The notes beneath the pieces were generated by a model that saw only the letters and a list, made by a program, of their open reading frames with translations, made no database searches and was not told the origin of the DNA. The translations under genes were made by a program, and so were the position numbers. DNA of 46,188 nt, counting the filler, from Sphacelaria rigidula (Eukaryota), in assembly GCA_964200075.2 (NCBI GenBank). It is 2 parts of 2 records of this genome, joined end to end, with 100 filler letters (N's around TTAATTAATTAA, not from the genome) between each part and the next. Parts side by side here need not be neighbours in the genome. Positions count along the whole stretch, not along the records: positions 23,147 to 46,188 come from CAXNAA020000290.1; 1 more part is not named here. The stretch is one strand, 5' to 3'. Positions within the stretch are counted from its first letter, which is position 1; the number at the start of each line of letters is the position of its first letter. Positions 38,400 through 46,188 of this stretch are shown here, piece after piece.

Positions 38400-38927
38400 G
38401 GCTCGTAATAGACTGTAAGGCATCTGTCTCGTCAGTGTTCCATATGTGGTCGGTTGCTGGCTCCTTGTCCACATCCAGGCCGCGTAAAACTCCCGCATGC
38501 AGTCTTCCTCGTCAGCCACGATCCTGTCGGTCTCGTGGATGTGGCTGCTGCGCTCCGCTAGCCGCGGGTGCCTCTGAAGGAAGAAGTCGAGCAATTTTCG
38601 ACCGGGCCTAACGGCCGGGTCCCATGGCACCGGTCGGTTGTCGCTCCAGAGTGCCATAACCGCCTGCTTCAGGCCATCTCTATTTGGGGCCAATTGACCA
38701 GCTGCGACGAACGTCAGCGTATCTTCGATGGAATGTTTTTCCTCCGTCGACAGTACAACATCCGGGCCAACCCTGCCAGCTATGCTCACGCTACCACTGA
38801 CACGCTCCTGCAGCGAACCAATGGAGATGTGAACGATCTACGTAGAAGCACGGAAGGTCATGCGACCGCTGCGTACCGCTTCTGCGGCCTCTACTGAACG
38901 TTCTGGGCCCACCCTTGCTCGCTGCAT
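38400..38927 (-). pseudogene. pogo/Tigger-like (Tc1/mariner superfamily) transposase relic
   Basis: The minus strand reads SVEAAEAVRSGRMTFRAST*IVHISIGSLQERVSG (pipsqueak-type HTH with a stop). It continues VVLSTEEKHSIEDTL...PGRKLLDFFLQRHPRL (CENP-B/Tc5-type HTH). After a frameshift comes HIWNTDET, the first DDE aspartate motif. The rest of the catalytic domain is not recognisable. Confidence 0.8.
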
Positions 38928-39287
38928 GCTCAGCAGCCGATCGACCTAAAAGTTGTTATTGGAGAAAGACACACGCGCTTTTGCGCAGTGCTGTGTGATA
39001 ATGTCTTCTGATGCTTTAAGCACGTGCAGGAGCTCAAACGAAGCGTCATGCTCTTGTGCACACTCAGCAAGGAACAGAATTGAAAGCAAACAATATTTCG
39101 CGGCGTTATGAACGATTAAAAAACTCCATCCTGATTGGTACTGTATCTTGAAAGGGACATTTACTTCTAGGTGTCAAAGCACCCACATGGTTACGTGAAC
39201 GGCGTTTGGCGAGAAATGAGTTGTTCGGTACCCCAAATGTGGGATAGTCCATGTCAGTCCACCTGCGGGGGGGTCGCTGTCCAACGC

Positions 39288-40819
39288 TTTACCCTTTTGG
39301 AACCCTCCCCTCCTGTCCCCTGGCCAAACGCCTTATTATGAGAAGCCCTGACGAAGAGGAAAACATGGTAACAGAATAGGCCGACGGCAACCATTTTTAT
39401 AATGGAAGCCCGGAGAACAATGTCTTCCCTGGAGAATTCGGGTTAGGTTTGTCCAATCATACCACGCAACGGATGAAGTGTGTCCAATTATATCCATCGA
39501 CAATATTCAGCAAAACCACCATGAAACATTCCATTAAAAAACATAGCAATGGGCTCCAGGGTCCGACCTGGCACGTTTGTATATTAGCATTTGTACATAA
39601 GGGAAGCACCGCTTTGACGGGCTGCAGCATCGGGTGGCGAGTTTGCCAAGCCACACCGTACATACAGCACAGTATGACTGAACCCAGCGAAATCCCGCCA
39701 CCACGTGTGGAAGGCACAGTGGGTTGTGCGGGCCGTACATGGCGGGTGTAATCGCAGGCGTCCGAACAGGCGATATACATGTACACGGGAGGCAGCCGAC
39801 GGACACCGCCTACAGCAATCAGGCCAGATGAAGAACATTACAGTCAGTAAATACAGTAGGTTACAGTATTGATTTGCGGCTACACTCCGTGCAAGATGAA
39901 TATGGGCATGTCGTGAAACGTCGGCCACAAGAGTAGACGGCACGAGACGATAGCGGTAGCCGGCGTCATGAATCTCATGCAGCATGAAGTATGTCTATGC
40001 AACGATCGGGAACGATCAACCCGCGATATAGATGTGGTGGGGCAACTGTGCCTTTCGCTACGCCGTTGCGTAATAGTCAGCCCGAAGTATGATGTTGTCG
40101 GCACGTACTTGGCAGAGCGCAGTTCTGTGCATGCCCCGCTGTTCACAGAGATATTTTTAAAATACAAAACAGACATGACACGAAGCAGTAAGGTATCACC
40201 CCTGGGGCGACGGCACTTGGCAGACTCTACACCACAGAGACGGTGCATAACTGCAGGGTACATGGCGTCTGCGTTGCCTCTACCCATTTTTCAAAGGGCG
40301 GGATGGTGCTGTCGGAACGTGCATGGGCGCGATGTTGTGCATGACGTGAGTCTGCAGTCGAGATTACCTCAAAGTGCTGTAAACACACCCAGTACTGTAC
40401 AGGGCAGTGTCGCAGCACCCCCGGCGGCACGGAAAGGTGACTGCCTGGGATTGTATACCACCCACCAGTTTATCCATTTAGCGAATGTGCCATCGGCGTT
40501 GCCCGTGTTGCTATGACACTGCAAATAGTATAAACTGCAGCGGGCAGGGCGTGCAGGTCAGGCCGGAAGCATGCTTCACAGAGGCCTGCCGCGCACTGTG
40601 GCCGAGCAAGGACCTCATGAGTGTAGAAGAAAAAGTCGGCGGATCAAAGCAAGAAAAATAGGAAACCTTCTCTTGTTCCACTTGTCACTCGAACGGGTCT
40701 GAAGAATACGCGTTTGGCCAAAATTGTTGCGTCTAAGCTATGAACCATGAACCATATCTTGCTCAAAAATCGTCAATTGCAAATGATCAATTTTCCATTG
40801 TGAGTTCCGAAAGGGTTAA
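39288..40819. mobile_element. piggyBac-like non-autonomous element, about 1.5 kb, abutting the family A copy
   Basis: TTTA|CCCTTTTGGAAC (39292) ... GTTCCGAAAGGG|TTAA (40815), an 11/12 TIR match. It shares the 39288-39291 tetranucleotide with the neighbouring element. Confidence 0.55.
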
Positions 40820-41080
40820 TGTCGTTCTCCGTGCTATGCTCAACGTCTAACTTGCGCAGAGTGGAGTGTACAACTCGTCTGACCTCCATGCCTAGGTGAG
40901 TGGCCACTGAAAAATGTGGCGGCTCTGTCTCCGTCACAGAGCTTTGAAAACGTGCCGTTCCGGTGAGATGAGTCAACTTTGAGCTAACCTCTTCCCACCC
41001 CCCCCCTCTCGTGCGCTGCTGTGGTGCACTTTTTTGTTCGCTTGCTGTATTGCTGTTGTTCATGGGGTGATTTGGAGCAG

Positions 41081-44000
41081 TTTATGGAAGAGTCTCACCG
41101 AAGTATCCACGACTCCCTCATGATCGTCAAGCGCTGTCTCAAGAACCGAGAGGTACAAAGTAGAGTTGCTGACACGTGGACACGTTACGTTACATACAAA
41201 ACAGAGTTGCATGCCACATATCGCGTTGATGGAGTAAGCGCTGGTAGAATGCGTGTATTGTACTGCAGGTGCCGTCCTTCATGCCAAAACTACGAAGACT
41301 AGGAGTACTGACTGACAGCAAACGGTGTTCGAGTATTACAGTTCATTTCCTTCTTGGGCTTGTTTCAGTATGTTGTGACGCTTGAATGAACTTTTATGTG
41401 TGGTAATATGCACACTCCCACAAAACAAATCCCAAGCTGTTTGACACCGATTTTTTTTTTTTTCTCACTCGTGTCAATGGTACGGTACGGGATGCGTCTA
41501 TGTGTGTCGCGGTTAGGTGGTGGCCGGGGGAGGGGCGATCGAGATGGAGCTGTCCAAGACCTTGAGAGATCACTCCAAGACCATCAAAGGCAAGCAGCAG
41601 CTCATCATGACGTCGTATGCCAAGGCGTTAGAGATCATCCCGAGGCAGCTGGTGAGACGGAACATATCATCGAAACACAAGATGGAGTGGAGCAAACTAG
41701 TTCGTATTCGGCCTGATGGTGTGCATGCGGAAATATTAGTTGTGTAATCCTGGTAGATGTTGGCGGAAATCATTTGAGCTTTTCTGATGATTTCTGCGCA
41801 GATGCTTCCGTCTTTGCAGCCCCCCTACTCTGTCCCACTTTCGTGCCGTCGTCTCCTCCCGCCTGTCTCAATGAGCTGAACATGGTGGACCTGTGTTTCA
41901 TTGATGACTCTATGAATCCCAATACCACCCTCAAATGCTGCGCCCTGCACGTTGTACCTGGTTGGTCTTACGGCGGTTAGGACGAAGTTGAGGGTAAGGC
42001 TTCAACTCCCAGCATAATTTTTTGTTGGTGCTGATGTACATCTGATCTCCGTTCTAGAGAGCGGGAAGACGTGATCAGCAAACATCGATTCAGGACAGTC
42101 GACGCCGTGCAGGGGTGCTGATCCAACCTGCACTGTTTCATCATTATTATCACTGTGATTCCCGCACATTGGTCCGATCTTGCGAATCCGTGGTCACAGA
42201 CGAAGACTCGCTTTTTCAAAACCGTCCCTGCTATACGTTCCAAGACATATTCCCAAGAGTACAGAGAAGAAGAGAGACAGCACGAAACCCGGTGAGAAGT
42301 AGCTCCCCGGGTTCAGCGAGGAGAAAGAAGAAACAAACAGCAACGCCGGGTCTACCAAAAACGTACACCGATCGAAAGGAAGAGGAGATAATAAAAGACA
42401 AAACAAGATGAGACAGGTGACACGGGGAGATTAGCATGGCCACTATGTCAATGTTCAACTCCAAAACAACCCCAGGAGATGCGATGACAAAATTCAAAGC
42501 TTGCACCGACAGGAGAGAAACGGGCTGGTTCCTCGAGGCTACGGACTCGTGTCGAGCCAGGGCGGATACTGAAGAGATGACACAAGAAGGGTACTGTTTA
42601 TTGTCTCTGCCCCTATCTCGTCAACCCCCCCACACCTTGAACACATACATGTTGTCGAACCTCAGGCGGACAACGCTGGCTTTGATGCGACGGATCTGCT
42701 GAACAGACTGCGCCAAAAGCACGCCACGGCAGGGGAGGCTGGCAAGTGGTTTGGCGTCGACGTGGACACCGAAGGTGTGTTGGAAGTCGTGCTGCTCTCG
42801 TTGGGGGCAGTTTAGGCGCAGTCCCTGTTCTCTCTAGCTTTTGATTTCACCTGGAAAACGAAGGAAAAGACGAAAATATGACAGAAGCGACTCTTTTCAT
42901 TTCAGTATGTGAAGAAAACGCTGTAATGTACGAGCTGGGCCAGCCCAAGAAGGGATTCAAGCTCTCAAAGCGATATCTCAACGACATGGACGAGCTGGGC
43001 CGTGATCCGCATATCGTATTTATCGTCTAATCAAGGGGAAGGTGCCCACCTGCTCAAATATCTGGGCCAATTTTTTCACTTTGATTGAACCTCATGTCTA
43101 GTAACGCCTAGACTAAGCTGATATAGCGTCCACACTAGAATCTATATCAAACCCCGAACGATCGACTAAGCGGGTGATGGCGATTTTTGTCGTGGAACTT
43201 CCCTGGAGCACGGGGAGACGATAGATACCCTCACCTTCACCTAATTCGTAATTCATCTCGAGATATGGCGCACATAAATTTTCATACTAAAATCAGTATA
43301 TTACGAGCAGATGCACTCGATGACCCAAATCTGGATATCGCGTCTCAGTTTTTGGGAGTTGTGCCGTAAAATTTGGTATAGAGAACCGCTAATGCATGAT
43401 GTAATAAAAAAACAAAGCTTTTCCGTTTTTTGTCGTTTTTTTTTTTTTATTTTTTTGGTTTTTTAGGGGAGTTTTGAGGAGAAATGAACGTTGCTCTTTA
43501 GCCTTCTCTCAATTTTTCAGCTCAATTTTTAGAATTTTGATTTGAAACTTGGCATAGAGAACGGCAGAGGTATGCTGAGGCTACTTCTCATGTATCAGGA
43601 GATAAATGTTGTTGAAGAGTGCATTTTTTGGCCCTTCTCTGTGGTTTTTACCCCGAAAAGAGGGCTAGGCGGATGCTGACACCTTGGAATGACTTACTCT
43701 ACTCGCCGAGGCCGTTCCAGAGCACCTCTGCGTTTTCCGTATGTCACGGTTTCCTTTTTGGTCGAACTTGCATTTTCAATAACGAACAGTCAAGTTACCA
43801 AAAAACGCCAGTTTTTACCTTGTTTTCTGATAACTTGGCCGTTTGCTATGTAATTTTAGCCAAGAATGGAACTGTGACCTACGGGAAACGCACACCTGCT
43901 CTGGAACCGTCTCAGCGAGTAGAGCAAGTGATCCCAAGGTGTCAACTTCCGCCGAGCCCTCTTTTCGGGGGAAAAACGACGGAAAAGGGCCAAAAATGCA

Positions 44001-45397
44001 CTTTTCAACAAGATTCATTTTTTGATACATGAAAAGTAGCCTGAGAAAAGAAAAAAATGGCCCTTAATTTTTTTCTGAGAGGTTCGGGCGTTGTCGTAGA
44101 CAAATGGTCGTTACCATACTAAAACGCCCTCAATCAGTAAAAAACCAAAAATAAAACCCAACCTCACCCGTTTTTCCTGGTTCATCATGACCTAGCGAGG
44201 TCCCGCACAAAGTTTCAACCCACAAACACCTAACGTGGGCCCATAAACGGCCTGCAAAATACTGTTCCGAATTTCCGCCGGCCCGGTTTTTCAACGGAAA
44301 ATCCGCACTTTTTTCTTGGAGTTGAACACTGAAATTTGGTACAACAATGAACAGGGCATGAAGAAGAGCTGTCTGTGAGGTCCCGAATTTTTTTTTTCCA
44401 TGAGTTGAGGGCATTTTACTAAAACCTGAAGACTGATTATTGCTCTTAACTCATGAAAAAAACAAAACTTTCGGGACCTCACAAACAGCTTTTCTTCATG
44501 CCCGGTTGGTTTTCCATACCCATTTTCGCTTTCCACCTCCAAGAAAAAAAATGGCAAATTCGCCTGCAAAGTACAAATCCGCTTGTAGGCTGGCCCAACC
44601 TGCATATTTATGAGGTGGCGTTGCCTTCTACCGCGGAGAGTTTTTGCAAAGCAAGGCTTTTTCCCCCCCGAGGAAAATGAGTCCGCCAGAAACGACATCA
44701 AGAATAAGAGTGTAATCTGTCTTCCAAAACAAGCTCACATGGATGTTAGGCCTACCTCTCTCTAGCCTTTGGTTCGTGTTTATGCGGAATTGGCAGGCCG
44801 GTTGACGCTTTCCCGTGCAATTGCGATATCGTCGCTTTTTCGCAGATCCTGGTCCTGCTCAACCCCGTCCATGCTCTGAAATGATTGCCGACCGGTGTGC
44901 ACGTTGTTTCGACTTTGGTTTGGTAACCCGCAGCTTACTCCGCAGCTGGGGTTCTTGATATATTCTTCATATACGCACGTTTGTGGTGCACCCTTTCACT
45001 TGCCAGCCTTAGTCTGCAGCAGGGCAACATGGGATCTCATGTGTGTGTGCTGTATGTTGTCTTTATATTTTCGCACTGGCTGTAGTTCGTTTCGCTTTGC
45101 AATACTGTACCACCAACACCACATGCCGTTTTTCATCGTACACCTTGATGTCGGAGTTTCTTGTGGTGACACTAGGGCGGACAGTCGTGTACTATACGTC
45201 CTGCTCCCAACACCACCGCAGCTCAGGTTTTCGATGTACCTTGTATCCGGGGTGTGTCGTCTGGCGTGGCAGGCGTGTGTGATACGTTCGAGTCGGGAGT
45301 ATGGGAACCTACGATCAACAAGCGTAACTCTCTGCGCTCGGCCACGGAGGCGGCCTGTCTCATCCTGTCCATCGATGAAACTGTCAAAAACCCGCAG
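41081..45397 (+). CDS. CCT7: T-complex protein 1 subunit eta (CCT7), 3' half: four exons, 147 aa; last exon not found in window
   Basis: Exons (plus strand): 41081-41152 ([24 protein letters not shown]), 41517-41651 ([14 protein letters not shown]...GKQQL...ALEIIPRQL), 42666-42774 ([20 protein letters not shown]...WFGVDV), 45273-45397 ([42 protein letters not shown]). All are GT-AG with compatible phases and no stops. Confidence 0.95.
43578..44042. repeat. Long foldback element (family F), about 465 bp, intronic in the CCT7 3' half
   Basis: AGGCTACTTCTCATGTATC...TTGTTGAAGAGTGCATTTTTTGGCCCTT pairs with AAGGGCCAAAAATGCACTTTTCAACAA...GATACATGAAAAGTAGCCT. Pairing continues to a short central loop near 43810. 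Confidence 0.88.
44295..44562. repeat. Second foldback palindrome (about 270 bp) in the same intron
   Basis: GGGCATGAAGAAGAGCTGTCTGTGAGGTCCCGAA...CATGAGTTGAGGGCA versus TGCTCTTAACTCATG...TTCGGGACCTCACAAACAGCTTTTCTTCATGCCC. The outer arms are TTTTTTCTTGGAG / CTCCAAGAAAAAA. Confidence 0.85.
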
Positions 45398-46145
45398 GTG
45401 CGTCAAACCCTACACCCCTACTTTAGATCGGGATATGGTATGAATCACATGAGATGGGGACGGGGGAATGCGTTGTGTTCATCGGTTGATGATTTCGGAT
45501 ATGTAGCCGATTTGCCAGGAACGCCCACCTACTTTGAAAACGACGGTGGGGGGATCAACATATCTTCTGCGTTAACAGGCTGTCCCTGTCTGCGCAATAT
45601 TGTTCACGTATAGTAGGTGGTTGTTGCATCCACCACGCGTCCTACGAAACACTTCAGGAGAGCGGAGGCGCGAGGACGTCTATACTCGTGATGTCGCATG
45701 CTCTGGTCATCTGACCCTCTGCCTCGAGCCTGCATCGATGCCCTTGCAGAATGACTATGCGCCAGCCTTTGCGGTCGGAGAATATGTTTAGGGAGGTTGA
45801 TACCCAACTGCTAGTCAACCTTGCGTTTCCGTATCGTGGAACGGCATAACCGTCCGCTTAGATGGTATCTGGCGATTTCAATATTTTCTTCCTTCTTTTC
45901 GACTTTTGTTACCCAGATCACCCTGTTCTTGCCTTTCTTTCACCATTTCACCAGTTTCTCGAGTTTCCTCTCTCAAGGGTTTCCTTCATTTACCTTGGTT
46001 GTGTCCATGTTGCCACCACGGCTGGTTTCGTGGTGGAGTGGCGGATGACCGACAGCAACCCTTTGAGTGATTTGGTTCCTATACTTTTTTTTCCAAGTGG
46101 CCATGATGCCGATCCAGCAGATGGCCCACTCTCGGGGTAAAAGGC

Positions 46146-46188
46146 TTAACCCTTCGACCGCGATATTAGTCTTCTGTTGAATCAGCAT
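46146..46188 (+). mobile_element. Left end of piggyBac-like MITE (family B), truncated by window end
   Basis: TTAA|CCCTTCGACCGCGA matches the 8942 terminus TTAA|CCCTTTGACCGCGA, and similarity continues (GTC.(C/T)CTG.TG.ATC.GCA). Confidence 0.65.

Larger units (their letters stand above)
36064..39291 (-). mobile_element. piggyBac-like family A element, inverted, interrupted by an insertion of about 2.5 kb
   Basis: TCAA|CCCTTCGACAACGAGCGTCGCCTCGGAACA at 36068 is the reverse complement of the family A right end. 36068-36670 matches 14740-15369, and 39230-39287 matches the family A left end (14622-14680). Confidence 0.75.

Noticed and set aside
24159-45397. Two separate complete chaperonin paralogues arranged head-to-head
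   Set aside because: Both parts are eta-type and cover non-overlapping portions of one protein. No plus-strand 5' CCT exons were found between 31600 and 41080.

Overview
Intron-rich, repeat-rich eukaryotic nuclear DNA. The style (short exons, 0.1-2.9 kb mostly phase-0 introns, poly-C/G runs) suggests a stramenopile, probably a brown alga, but this is inference. Almost all ORFs in the supplied track are spurious; real genes were rebuilt by hand from splice sites. (1) A multi-exon hypothetical gene on + (about 2297-7586, about 770 aa, 5' end unresolved). (2) Four exons of a LACTB2-like metallo-beta-lactamase-fold gene on + (17125-21698), with the 3' part not found before an artificial 100-nt scaffold spacer (N44-TTAATTAATTAA-N44, 23047-23146). 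(3) The chaperonin CCT7/TCP1-eta gene in two non-overlapping halves on OPPOSITE strands. Exons 1-8 (325 aa) run leftward on - (31575 to 24159). Four later exons (147 aa) run rightward on + (41081 to 45397). About 56 connecting residues were not found, and there is no N-gap between the halves. This is the stand-out observation: misassembly, a real inversion or trans-splicing. The rest is non-autonomous DNA transposons: TTAA piggyBac-like elements (including a nested/abutting 4.7-kb block with a pogo transposase relic), a TA-flanked Tc1/mariner-like MITE, several 270-465 bp foldback palindromes and hairpin-unit minisatellites. No rRNA, confident tRNA or CRISPR array was found.
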